A DNA stretch of 37,915 bases. Origin: Selaginella moellendorffii. Lineage: Eukaryota; Plantae; Lycopodiophyta. The notes under the pieces were generated by a model, which worked only from the letters and a program-made list of their open reading frames with translations, had not been told where the DNA came from and ran no database searches. Positions 21,891 through 34,999 of the stretch are shown here, one piece after another. The position numbers and the translations under genes are program-made. Where the stretch lies: positions 223,407-261,321 of the forward strand of contig NW_003314415.1 of assembly GCF_000143415.4 (NCBI RefSeq), given 5' to 3'. Position 1 is the stretch's first letter. Each line of letters opens with the position of its first letter.

Positions 21891-22948
21891 AGACAACACT
21901 ACTATTGGGTTGTAAATAATTTGCATGGATTACAACCATATGGCTTGTTTGGGTGGGATTATATGATGGGAAATTTTTTTAGCTAAAAATGCCATATTCA
22001 AAGTCAAGGTGTACATATATACAAGGTATATATATACAAAATCATCCCTCTATACCTTTACCCTTACCACTTTACTATTCTACCACCACCTTTTCTTTAT
22101 GACCTAATATTTGAAGTCAAAATAAAAAACAAGTCCAATCAAACTTTCCTTTTTATATCCTATTACCCATCCACCTAACTTTATCACAAACCTTATCTTC
22201 CACCACTTTTATAAAATGATTTGGTATATAACTCTTATATTTAAGCATACCCTCCAACCTTGCAAAGTTTTCTACCACCATTTAAAAATATTTTTTTGTG
22301 TAATTTATATATTCAACAATGGTCATCTAAATTTACCACTTTTAATACACCAATATTTTATGAGATTAACAGCAAAACATAAAATATAATCCAAGGACTA
22401 TGTAAAGAAGAGCTTCATGACACCAAGGCATAAGAGCAGAGTGTAAAGTGATTCTAGCCTAACTTTTCTTTTCTAATTTTGCAATGTTCTTTCTTTAAGT
22501 CCTAAATATAAAAACTAAGAATTAATGGAAATCCTCTTCTTTTCTCTTTCTCTCAAGTCATAAAGCGAGTACCCATGAGACCTGTGTAGGGCTGCAGTGT
22601 TCCGAAATGTTGTCTTAGAGTCCTGTATGCTATTAGCCATTAGCTTTCGATATAACAACATCATAATAGTATGAAGAGAGGTTGAAGAGTTAGTGGGATC
22701 TTTATTGACTCCTTCACCAAAAAATTTACTCTCAATCATGTTGCTACTTTGTAAAATCCCTCTAAAGAATCATATAACAAGGATTTCCATATGTGGACAA
22801 TGCTTGGTGATCATGTAGAAAGCACCAATGGATCTTAGAGAGCATTTAATGGAGTATGAGATATGGATTATGGGGGAGATCATTTTGGTGAAGGATCATG
22901 GAAAAATGAAGTCTAGAGTTTTCTTTCCTCCTTTATCATCAAGTATGC

Positions 22949-23181
22949 TATTATAATCTAGCGCAAAAAAATAGAAATCTAACCATCCTAGATTATGCTA
23001 TGCCACCTTTTGAGATTTCTCACCACCCAACCATCCCTGAGCTACCTCAAAAGCTCCACTGTGCCACCGCTTCACTGTGAGCCCTAGGGTAGGTTAAGTC
23101 TCTAACCCTAACATGCCTTAATATACCCTTGAGCCTCCTTTTGACCGACATTGACCATGTGGTCAAAGCTGGTGCTTAACA
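22949..23181 (-). repeat. 3' LTR of the 22949-28965 element
   Basis: Diverged direct repeat of 28709-28965, next to the polypurine tract. Confidence 0.88.
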
Positions 23182-25281
23182 ATTTCCCCCCCCTAACAAA
23201 GTCCTTATCCCAAGGACAAGTTGTACCGGTGATCACCCTTTTTGGGGAACCTTGCTCAAGTTCTTGGTCCACCTTCCACAACTGTATACATCAAGGAGGC
23301 ATTAAGCCCGTCACTCTAAGATAGTACACTTTTCAACTAGCTAATATAAAATACTAGATGAATTTTCACCTTAGTTGGCAGCTGCACCTGATAAACCGCT
23401 TTAGCAATGTGCTCCAGCACTTCATATGGATCAATATATCAATGGGAAAGTTTATCACTCTTCCCTATCCGTAAAGGCACCAAGGTGTTCCACCGTTTAC
23501 TTGATGGAAAGATCATTTGCATAAAGATGAGATCACCCACCTTATATTCCCGGAATTAGCGATGCTTATTAGCAAATTTCTCCTTTCTATCTTGAGTTGC
23601 CTGCAAATTCTGTTTGCACACCACCAGAATCTCATCAAGTTCTGTGGCTAGATCAGTTGCCTCGGAATCAAGCTTATGTTAAATGTCTTACTCAAATGCA
23701 ATCTCAATTCCACCGTTGTTCGGGGATGCCTTCCAAACATGACAAAGTAAGGACTTAACTTAGTTCTATTGTGTTGGCTATTGTTGTAAGAAAATTGCAC
23801 TAATAGAAGATATAGATCCCATTGTCCTTGCCTTTGACCAATGCTACAATGTAACATATCTTCCACCACCTGATCACACGCTTAGTTTGCCCATTTATTT
23901 GAGGATGATCTCCACTTAAGAGTTTCAAAGTCACTTGTATAGCCTTTGCAAAGCTTTTCCAAAATCCACTATTGAACTTTGAATCTCGATCATTAATGAT
24001 GTCCTCCGCCAAACCAAAATCAGGAAAAACCTTCTCCAAATAAACCGTAGCCAAGTCTGAGGTAGTGACAGTCTTCTGAAGAGCCAAAAACTGCACATAC
24101 TTTGTCAACCGATCCACTATGACCTATACTTGCTCCTTTTGCCTTTGTGTTCATAGCAAACAAGTGATGAAGTCTATAAAGATACTACACCAATAGCTCT
24201 GAGGAATAGGTAAAGGTTGCAAAAGTCCCCCTGACTTCTCCCGTGTCACCTTAACCTGCTGACAGAGCTTGCATGATTTACAATACTTGAGGATATCAAC
24301 CTTTATATTCCTCCAATAAAATTTGCACTTAATCAACTCTTCCCCCCAAAATGACTGGCCTTTAGACGATCATAATAGTGGAATAAAACTTGAGTAATTA
24401 ATGCATCCATCTATGGCAAACATACACGGCCATTGTAGTAAAGAATCCCATCCACCAATGAGAAAAAGGCTTCTATTTGATCTCTCAAAGAGGTCACCTC
24501 AGTATTTTGAGCCTAAGCATGCTCAACCAACTGCCCAAACTTGCTAGCCACCTTACTCAAATGATGACAAAATCGTGTTTGTAACATCATCACATGACGA
24601 ACACGAGATAAAGCATCTGCCACCACATTTAATTTTCCCGGATGATGCTCAATAGAAAATTCCCCAAACTCCATAAGTTTGACCATCCAATGAGCTTGCC
24701 TAGTGTTCAACTCCTTTTGTGTGAAAAGATATACAAGCGGTTTGTGATATGTCAACACCACGAACACTACACCATAAAGATAGTGTTGCCACATCCGCAA
24801 AGCATGAACAATAGAGAGTAACTCTTGCTCATATGTGCAATAGCGTTGCTCCGTAGAATTCAAAGTATGACTCTCATATGCAATAGGTTGTCCTTCTTGC
24901 ATGAGAACTCCTCCCAGTGCATAACCACTCGCATTGCATGTCACTTCGTAAGGTTTTGATGGATCAATACTGCAAAGTATTAGAGTTTCACTTAACAATT
25001 GTTTCAGCGCCACAAAACTCTCCTCTTATGGCTTCTTCCACTCGAATGGCACATTCTTGCGTAACAATCACGTCAAAGGAATAGCCACCTTTGCAAAATT
25101 TTGCTGGAAACATCAGTAGTAACTAGCATACCAAGAAAACTATGCAACTCAGCCACTGTATTCGGTGTAGGCCAATTTTCCACCACAGCCACTTTCCTTG
25201 GATCCGTCTTAACACTCTTAGATGTCACAATATACCCTAAATATTCCCCCTCCAACTTTGCAAACTCACATTTGCTCTTCT

Positions 25282-26435
25282 TGTAGTGCACGTGGTTTTG
25301 ACCCTTTATCCTATGGTGATTTACCATAGGATAACACCACGAAGCGGAACCTAAACCCTCTATGTGCCACATGTCATATGCCACGTGTCACATGCCACAT
25401 GTCCATGCCACATGTCCATAGGAACCCGAGGTTCAGGGCCTTGGGCCACTGAACGAAGGAACAGTGCCAAACTCCCAAGCATGGAGCCAAGGAGTGATGG
25501 AACTGAACTACAGAGCAACTCCCAAGCATAAAGCCCAAGGAGCGAAGGGACAGGAGCCCGGAGCGACTTGGAATAGTCCTAGAGTAACCAGCATCCCAAT
25601 GCCAGGACCAGCACGCAAAATGAAGCCAAACGGAGTTTGGCGCTATTTCGGCATACCGGTGGCCTAACGTGAGGATATGGGTACTCCACCAACTAGCATA
25701 GAATGGAACTTGGGCTTAGACCCAAGCCGGACGTAGAACAAGGACAGGCATGCAAGCGGGAGCTAGACTATGCCTCAGGTTGGTCGGCCATGCCTGACCT
25801 ACCCACTATCCCTATTAAACATTTGGAACCCCCCAAAGCCCCCCCCCCCCCCCCCCCCTTGAGGAACACACGCTTTGGGCTTTCACCCCAAGCCTCCCTT
25901 AGTATCAGGAGTTAGTCTCTGGGACAAGCTCGAAACTTATTAAATATGGAATGTCCCTAGATTGTGAATTTGGACACGGGACGAACACCATTGTGTTCAA
26001 GCCGATCTCTACATTCCGTAAATGTGCCAAATGAACAAATCTGGACACTTTCCATAAATAACATTTGGGACCGAAATGAGACTAACACAAAGGGCATGAT
26101 AACGAGGGTGTTTGGCAAACACGGTAAGCTATCATCCAGCGATATTGAGGGACCAATCTCAATATGCGAGGGTTTTTGTCAATCCAGTGCAAGACAAAGC
26201 AAAAGAGAACTAAGAGCCAGGCCGAGTATGCTCAGCTAGTAATACATAGGAGTTCCTACCTTATGTCCATCTGGCTAAGTACAGGTGCTAAACCCAGTAA
26301 ACTAACACTTGAACAAGAGGGGCTGATAAAGGGAACCAGCAATACCGACCTCCTGCCATCGTGGCAGTAAGGTAAGAGTGTCCGTAAGGACTGGTCGACA
26401 GGTAACTTTCGATATCCGAAGTCACATGCACGACA
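25282..26435. mobile_element. 1154-bp solo LTR (family E) inserted into RT
   Basis: TGTAGTGCACGTG...CACATGCACGACA imperfect terminal inverted repeat with perfect 5-bp TSD CTTCT (25277-25281 and 26436-26440). Removing it restores LYVKKSKCEF. Confidence 0.92.
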
Positions 26436-28708
26436 CTTCTTCACATAAAGTTTGTTGTCTCGGAGTAACAAAAAAACCTTGCACAAATGCACCTTATGCT
26501 CCTCTATATTCTTGTTGAGAATAAGAATATTGCCCAAGAAAATCTCCACAAACTCATGAAGATAATGCCCAAATACCTTCGTCATCAACTGAGTAAATGT
26601 GGCTAGTGCATTCGTCAAACTAAACGGCATAACTGTAAACTCAAAATGTTCAAAGCTTTTGTTCAATGCCGTCTTGAAGATAGATGCATCATCCATTGCA
26701 ATCCGATGATATCTACTCCTCAAATCAATCTTGGTAAACACTTGTGCTTCACCAAGTTTGTCTAAGATATCATCCACATGTGGCATCGGCATCTTATCCT
26801 TCACTGTCTTCTTGTTTAAAGCACGGTAGTCAATACACATCTTCATTGAACCGTCCTTCTTCTTCACAAGCAAGACCGGAGCACTAAACAATGACTTACT
26901 TGGCTAAATAAATCCAAAATCAAGTAACTCCTTGACTTGTTGTTGAACTTCTTGCTCCTCTGCATAATTTAACCGAAATGGATGCTAGTAAATTGGCTGC
27001 ATCCCTGGCTCCAATGTAATTTCATGCTCCACACCTCGTAATGAAGGCAACCCATGAGGAAGTTCAGATGGAAAAACATCAAAAAACTTGTCAAGTACAT
27101 CCCATATTGTTGCATCTCCCATACATGTGCCTTGGTCCCCCCAAGTCACGAACGAATAACAAGAAACTTGAAAGTGCTTTTCCATTATGACAAGCCCGCT
27201 TCAAAGATGTAGTAGAGAGCATAATAACTAGTAGTTAAACTCCTTCTCCAAACCACACATCTTTAACGCCACTGTACTCTAGCGAGACATGTTTAATACT
27301 CCATTTTATCTCTAAATCCACCTTCACCAACCATGGCATCCCAAGAATGAGATCCACACGATGGATATCTACGAGATAAAAAGTCTCCACATGTGTGGTT
27401 TTGCCAACCAACACTTCCAGCCCCTTGACATAAGCATTGAAATGTTGAGTAGAAGTAGCTACACCTTCCACCGTATATGGAAGAACTCCTCGTGTGACTA
27501 GGCCATGCTCCACAACAAACTTTGCCGAAACAAAGTTGTCATCGCTCTCACTATCCAGTAAAATCTGCATTGGATTGCCACGGAACACGCCCTCCAGCAT
27601 TAAAGTTGATTCATGAGTATCCTCGAGCTCCATCTTGTTTCACACACAGTTGAGTTGACAAGCAACGATTGAAAATCTCTTCCTCCAACTGGAATGGTCG
27701 TTCTCGTCATCCTCACGCTGCAAAGTTTGCAACTTTTTAGTATTTGATTTACTATAAGTAGAAGATTGGCCATTCTTTTTGTCCTGTTGCTTGTTCTTCA
27801 ACTGTGGACAATCAGCCTTGTAGTATCCAAGTTCGCCGCAATGATAACAACCTTGTCTATAATTCTTGACAAAGAACTTCTGCTTCTTGGACCCCTTTGC
27901 ATCTAAAGTAGTCACCACCGACTTCAACTTGTGATGCTTGTTCCCATCCTTGTGTCCATAGTGATCATCACAACGACAATTCTCGACAGAAAGACTCCAC
28001 GAACACTTGTAAGACTTGTGCTTGTCATTGTCAAGTCAATGAGCCCCATCAAAGAGCTCTTCCAAACTCTTTGTAGGTTGAGAATGACGCAAGTGTTGCC
28101 ACATACTCTCACTATGAAGGCCATCAATGAAGTAGGACTTGTTCTGATCTAGATCCTTCGTTAGAACATGACTTACGAGCATTCTCTACGTCATAATGAG
28201 GGGCAAAACGTAAATGGAAAGCAGCCTCAAACTCATCTATGGTAAACACTGGTGGTTTCTTATCCGCAACACAAAACTCCTCAAGCCAATTCCACCATTG
28301 AAGACCTGCATCACGCAAAACCATTGGAATAGCCACTAAAGCCTCTGCATCTGAAGTTCCTCTAGCAGCCAAGAACTTCATATTGGCTAGTCAAGTAAGA
28401 CACTTGTCCATACCACCATCACCGGAAAAGGTTGGAATCTTGAGTCGATCTACCAAAGAAGGCTTACTTGGAACACTACCATGTCCAGCCTCGAGTGCCT
28501 CAATATGCCCATGCATGGTATACATCATGCCATACATCTCGTTTTGCATCTCTTACTAATTTTGATTAAAGGCTCGCAATTTATGAACCACATCTTGAAT
28601 GGTCCAAATCTCCGCAGCTCTGTCGGCACAATCGTTGGCAACACCATCGACAATAGGATTCTAGTGTTTAGCATGGTCAGCCATCACAACCAACTTCTAT
28701 GATACCAA

Positions 28709-28965
28709 TATTATAATCCAATGTTATTATCGTTATAATCTGTCTTACAAAAAGATAGAGATCTAGCTGCCCTAGACTAAGCTACACCACCTCTTAAAGT
28801 TCCTCACCACCCAACCACCCTCGAGTTACCTCAAAATCTCCACTGCACTGCCGCTCCACTGTAAGCCCTAGGGTAAGTTAGGTCCCTTACCCTAACATGC
28901 CTTAATACACCCTTGAGCCTCCCTTTGACCAATGTTGATCATGTGGTCAAAACTGACACCTAACA
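28709..28965 (-). repeat. 5' LTR of the 22949-28965 element
   Basis: Direct repeat of 22949-23181, next to the PBS. Confidence 0.88.
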
Positions 28966-29167
28966 TATGCTCAGCAAGAAATACATAGGAGTTTCTACTT
29001 TATGTTCATTTGGCTAAATATAGATGCTAAGCCTAGTTTACTAACACTTGAATAAGAGTGACTAAAAAGAGAACCAATAATATTGATCTTTTGCCATCAT
29101 ACAGTAAGAAAAGAACATCTGAAAGGACTAGTTGATAGATAATTTTTTTATAGTCATATTTGTGACA
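28966..29167. repeat. Degraded family-E LTR remnant
   Basis: Aligns to ~26227-26435 and ends ...TGTGACA. Confidence 0.7.
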
Positions 29168-29870
29168 AATCTCTTTAAATTTGACTTGTCATCTAGGGTT
29201 AATATTTCAATATGACATTCTATTCCAAAAACCTTTGATGTCTAGGAGTCCTACTAAAAAGGTGCTGAAGTTGTAAAAAAAGCCATGGAATACTTGCATT
29301 TGCTACCTTCATTATTGTGAAGCCATGGAAAAAATGAGGTGTTGTGATTGGGCGTGGACCATACTTGAGCTCACGTGTTGAGCTCAATTTTTAATTGTAA
29401 TTTAGTACAAACATTATAAATTTTAAAATTTTAAGGTTATGGCGAACCTAATAATTTAATAACTCTCTATATATTATATAGATAAAAATGTTCTAAAGAA
29501 CACTTTTTGTTCTAATAATTTAGATATTTACTACATGCAATGATAGGGACATTTGTTAAAACATAAAATAAAATGTTTGCAAAAAGAGTATTCTTGTCAC
29601 TTCTTTAAATTTGTACTCTATGCTTTCTGGCTAGTAAATGTTAGGTTTGTCAGAATTAAAAAATTATTAAATTTGAAATAAGATTCTATGTGAAGCCATA
29701 TAACTGTTTGAAAGAAAAAAAAATAACTGTTGATGTAAGCTTATTGTATATAAAAGAAAGACTTGGTTCTTTGTAGAATACATTCTTGAAGGGTTTGTCG
29801 TAGCATACTGTCTAGAATTTATAGATCTTCATTCACACTTTCATTTGAAAAAAGGGAAATACACCCACAA

Positions 29871-30323
29871 ATGTCTATGGGTTCTAGTGTTGGTAATTTT
29901 AACTCTCATAATCTTTCTTCCCAGGGCTTAAGGGCTAGGAGATGCAATAACTATCCCATTGCACAACATAACCAAATCACACAAGAGAATGAAAGAGAGG
30001 ATAGTGAGGATAGTGATTATGAGTTGGAGATAAATGCAATGACAAAGGGTACAACAAATTGGGTGAAAAAGAATGCCCTCTTACTTGTTTTAGAAAAGTG
30101 CAATTCTGCCACTTTCAAGAAGTGCCCCATATGTTTTCTAGCGTTTGGTGGAAACAATGGCAATGATCAGTATGATGGTATATATGCTCTTGCGACACAC
30201 TGCAACATCACGCACCCGAAAGACTACCATGAAATCTTTTTTGAGATGGTAAAGACAGAAATGGAGACACACGAGTACTATGGGCAGTATTGCGAGAAGA
30301 ATACTCGGAAGCATATAAAATGA
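29871..30323 (+). CDS. 150-aa protein with an SGS3-like zf-XS zinc finger, no XS domain
   Basis: Acidic patch, then NWVKK...LEKCN..KCPIC..GG..GND.YDGI..LATH......K..H..F.E. This resembles the WFKK...EQIN...WHCPAC...G.IDWY...L..H...H pattern of SGS3. The ORF is open within AT-rich DNA. Confidence 0.5.
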   Translation: MSMGSSVGNFNSHNLSSQGLRARRCNNYPIAQHNQITQENEREDSEDSDYELEINAMTKGTTNWVKKNALLLVLEKCNSATFKKCPICFLAFGGNNGNDQYDGIYALATHCNITHPKDYHEIFFEMVKTEMETHEYYGQYCEKNTRKHIK

Positions 30324-30574
30324 AAAGTGAAATGAAAAAGCACATTTGTATTAATTATATAAAGTATAATAAGTTTTATTGATAGAGAATAAACATATAT
30401 TAGCCCTAGTGAAAGATTTGGATTTGGCTGGGCAATGGATCAAGAATTGTGCATTGGATGGAGGTAGTGGGGTGAATATTATTTCTAACGAGATGGCATA
30501 TTGACTTGACTTAGGAGTGCCAATTCCAGTTCCTTTTCATATTTGTATGCAAGTAACTTGCGCCTCATGGCTAC

Positions 30575-31125
30575 TTTGCACTGGAATGATTGGTTTGGCA
30601 GTGAACTGATCTTCCCAACACACCAGATTCTAGGTTTTTTATTTATTTCTTGTCGTTCCATTGGCATTGAGAAGATCAATTCAACGACGAACCAATCTTC
30701 TCAGCACATCAGATTCTGGGTTTTTTTTGTTTCTTGTCATTAGCACTAAGAAGATGGGTTCAGTGACAAATTGATCTTCCCAATGTCAAAGGAACTTCTT
30801 CTTTTTTTCTTTTTTTTGTTCCCTTAGCATTGAGAAGATCGATTCAGCGATGAACCGATCTTCCTAGTGCCAAGGGAAGTACTTCTTTTTTCCTTTTATT
30901 TGTTCCCTTGGCACTAAAAAAATTGGTTTGCCGACGAACTGATCTTCCTAGTGCCAAGGGAACTGCTTTTCTTCTTTTTTTGTTCCCTTGGCGTTGAGAA
31001 GATTGGTTTGGTGACGAATCAATCTTTCAGCGCCAAGGGAATTGCATCTTTTCTTCTTTTATTTGTTCTTTTGGCATTGAGAAGAATTGTTTGGTGATGA
31101 ACCAATCTTCCTAGTGCCAAGTGAA
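30575..31125. repeat. Tandem array of ~7 palindromic ~60-bp units with T-rich spacers (period ~81 bp)
   Basis: Consensus TTCCCTTGGCAYTGAGAAGATCGGTTC-(5 nt)-GAACCGATCTTCCTAGTGCCAAGGGAA. Units start at ~30575, 30655, 30735, 30819, 30903, 30983 and 31065. Confidence 0.88.
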
Positions 31126-31199
31126 TTACTTCATGGTTTTTTTAATGTTTACTCAAGTTTATTTGTCATTTTCATGTAGATATATAAATCGTGCCACAA

Positions 31200-34100
31200 T
31201 AAAAGAAGCATGCTGGTCAACCCTAATGGACTTGTTCTTCAGGAAAACGACTAGATCGTTATGCTAGATTCACTAGGGACACCTCACAAGTTCAAAGCGC
31301 TGCTTTGGAGGAAGACCATGGTGGGAGTAGTGGTGTCCAGATCTAAGTAATGGTTGATCTTGATATAGGTGTTAGCATGCAAGAGCCAGATGGTTCTAGA
31401 GAGCGTGGAAATGCAAAAGCTAGCTATAGCACAGGAGAAGCTATTGGTGGTAGTGCCATAGGTGGTGGGGCAGAACTTGGTGGCAGAAATGAGGCACCTG
31501 GTGCTATAGGTGGTGGGGCAGATCTTGGTGGTGGAAATGGCAGACATGCTGCTGCTCTTGAAGGTCACAGAAATGAGGTAGTAACTATGCTAGAGGCTAA
31601 CATGATCTTGAATGAGTGAGTACGCAAGACTATTGTCCAGGCTCAAGAATGAACTATCAGCAAGGTGTTAGGTGAAATGGCTTGGAAAGGATCCCAACAT
31701 CTTTAGATTCCACTTTGCCATCTTAAGTAGAGTCATTGGGTGCACTTAGCATACGACCTCAACATAGCTATTTATATCTCTTTCACAGAGGTTGGATTTG
31801 GGCACACTACTGGATTATTTATTGTGTCATCATCATTCCCCGGAACAAATCGCATAGACATAGTTACTCACGAGATCAAGTAGACTTGAGATCAAATATG
31901 GTAAAGGAAATCTCAGAAGTTTGATACTTTGATGTTTGTAGGCCGGATATTCTTCATTATTGATGGAAACCACCGGTGGCTAGTGTTTTGGAGGTGTATC
32001 CAAGAGAAGTTCTAGGATGATGATGAGCAACATATTTGTGTTCTAGTGACACTTGTGGAGCTATAGGATCAAAACCAAGCTATGAGGCTCAACTTGGCAT
32101 GTCACAAAATCAATATGTAAGAATCATTTACTAGTAACCTTTGTTCTCACCAACTATGTTACGGGCTTAATCAGTTTGCTTTCCAAGCACATACCTTGGT
32201 CCATGATATCGAGCACCTTCGATATGTTGGCATGCTTTATCTCAAGGAAATCCAGATGCTATATAGTCGTGAGGTTATAGAAGCAGTTCAAGCAAAGCTT
32301 GTAGCATGTAAAGGCCAAGAGTTGCTTACTTGGTATTAGGTGCCTATGGATTTTTTGGTTGCAGTTTGGGCAAAGGTATCCTTTTCTTACATGAACTTGT
32401 GTTTTCTACTCACAAGTTTTCCTTTTAGCCAATTATCAAAGTGGAGCAAAACTCATATTTGAAGATTATGCAAGTGATGGATGAGGTGCAAAAGAACCTT
32501 AAACTGCGACAAATTGAGCAGCGCATTTTGAACTCAAAGAAATCAAAGGTGAAAAAGCTACTTTGATTGCAAACATTTAACGCGATAAAGATTGGTTGGA
32601 TTGCATTGCAAAGATATGCTCTCGTGGCAGTAAGTTAATCCCTTTTATCTTTCTGATTCCACTTTGAAATCCTTGTCTTTGCAGGAAATGGTAAAGCACC
32701 TGAAGAATTGATCTATAACATTGCAAAAAGCAAGCTTTCTTTCAACGAACAAACCTCTTGCTTGGAGCTCCTCAACACTTAGCATCATAACAATGATAAG
32801 AGGTTGGAGAGTAAATTTGAGAATGTGATGAAGGAGAAGCTCTATATCATTCAGAGTATTGCGGCTACTAAGGAGCTCCTTCAAGTATGGGATACAAAGT
32901 TCCTTACTAGTGCCTGCACTGGAATAACACTTCTAGAATAACACTTCTAGAATATTTTGAGCTTCCCTTCAAGAGCTTGGGGATGGATAGCTTCCTGATG
33001 GCAGCTCAAGCTCTATGGATTTCAAGAACTAGCCGGGCCAACCATTTTTCTCGTGCCACATGGCATATAGGTATATTGCAAGAAACTGACTTGTTTATTT
33101 AATTATGGCTTATGTAAGTATTTAAATCATTGCCTAGGTGCTCTAGTGTACATAGCAAGTGTTTTTCTCAAGCTCTTAATTGGTGGGAAGAAACTTGGTA
33201 TGTATGAGCCAGAGTTCCATTGTTCCACTGCAGAGGAGCAAGAACTTTGTCCATGGTACTTGGAGTTGTGGAAGTAAATGCCATCATCACCTTTTGAGCT
33301 TGATCTCTACCTCAAGTGTCATTTAGGTTTGATGAGTAAAATTTCTTAATAGTAACTTATGTTTCTACTTTATTGTAAAGGCACTTTTGGAGGGAGTGGA
33401 GATGCCTCAAGATAAGGATGAGATTCATATTAAGCAGACTAAAGATGAATGAGTGGAGAACCCAACTGTAAACTCTCTTGCCCCATCTCATCCTATAGCA
33501 GTTGCTCATTCCCCAGATCCTACTACTGCTGCTTGTCCAGCCTTGACTGCTCGAAATGTACAAAGGCAACTCCATAGTGAGGGCGTCCAAAAGAGTAAGA
33601 ACTTGATTTCCAATGACCTTGCTTATTGTAATTTGGTTGTAGATGTTAGAGAAACCAGCCAACACTCTATACGTTGATGTACAAATGCATTCTTTCCATC
33701 CCTCCCTATTGTTACAGAGGATGACCTTCAAGAGTTATCTTCATCGGCTTCACATAAACAGGTATGAAAAAAAACATGTATTAACTTTAATATTTCCTGG
33801 TTTTGAACACTATTCATCACCCTCTTTCTCCTACGGGAAGTGTTGGCAATATGGAAATAGTTATTAGGGACTACTTTCAGCTTTCCAACAACATGAGCCA
33901 AGAGTCTTTTATGTTCTATCGATGGATGCGAGGATTGGGAATGAACAATGCTTTCGGCATTAACCTCGCATTTTTTGACTTTCCTGATGGGTTACCACCT
34001 TTACAAGGTGACACTCCATCCTGGAACATCCTTCGACCGGACCATATTTCTCAAGTGGTGGATGTGACATCCAAGGTGTTGCGATACGAAAGCATTATGC

Positions 34101-34850
34101 TAGTCATTCTTCTCTGTTCTTTATTTTTGGGAGGTCTTCTTGCAACGATGGCGGAGAATGATGACTCTAGATTGGTTGAGTTTGCATCAAGCTGCCTACT
34201 CTCAAACATCCCGGTCAAAACAAAAGGAGTAGGTGGCCAAATCCAAAAGGTTTGCATTTCCTTATTTTTCATATCTTAAATTAATTGCTTCTTTTCATTG
34301 TAGGTTTTAGCATGGAACTACCATGCTCTCTACCACTACTTTTGCCATCACAGTATTACACGAGCTGATGAGTGTGCAGGTTTGGCATTGCCAAGATATG
34401 ATAACTCAACAGATATCATCCTGAATGTCATCGACAAGGACCATCATATAGAGTTCCTTGGCTATCGACACTGTTCACCAAAGGCTATGCAAATCCTCTT
34501 AGAGTTGTTTTGTCCTCCTAAGGGGATTGTGCTTGATGCTACAACAAGTTTTGATTCAATGGTGCTAGTGGCTAAAGAGATTGGGCATGCAGTTTTTGCA
34601 CTAGAGAAGGAGAGTGCATTTGAAGGTGTTCTTGGGACATTTCATAACAAGTGATAATAAAGTATAAATTTCTCATTATAGTAATTCCATCATGGTTGTG
34701 TATATTAGGTGGATCGATGATATGGGCTATAATTTGCCATGTTATGCAAAAGTAATGGCACAAGCTCATATACAACAAGAGCCCATAGTTAGAGAGTATA
34801 ATATTATATGAACTCCTCCTTTTGTGGATGTGGATGCCGAGGAAGACTAA
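31200..34850 (+). pseudogene. Spliced gene with a ParB/Srx-like N-terminal domain and a C-terminal beta-class N4C/N6A DNA methyltransferase-like domain; decayed
   Basis: One frame from ~31200 to 32116, with stops, contains IPLCHL and FFIIDGNHRW (31962-31976). GT donors at 32117 and ~32630. MTase motifs occur in beta order: EIVIRDYFQL, INLAFFDFPDG (33977), KVLRYESIMLVI, then PKAMQILLELFCPPKGIVLDATTSFDSM..AKEIGH.VFALEKE. Confidence 0.7.
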
Positions 34851-34999
34851 GTTTAGTTTTTTTTTAAGTCGAGTTTTTTAGTGGTAATATAAAGTTTCTT
34901 CTTTGACTTAGGTTTTGAATAGAATTGTTGGTTCGTCCCAAACCAATCATTTAAACATCAACTTTTGTATTTAATGGACTATATTGACTTTCATTGACT

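Larger units (their letters stand above)
22949..28965 (-). mobile_element. Old full-length Ty3/Gypsy element with two LTRs
   Basis: LTRs at 22949-23181 and 28709-28965, perfect TSD TATGC (22944-22948 and 28966-28970). PBS TGGTATCA at 28700-28707 (minus), PPT at ~23183-23194. Gag, CYHCGELGYYKADC, protease LLDSESDDNF, RT, RH and INT remnants. Confidence 0.92.

Noticed and set aside
30575-31125. CRISPR array
   Set aside because: The repeats are ~60 bp and degenerate, the spacers are low-complexity T-runs, there are no cas genes, and the context is eukaryotic.
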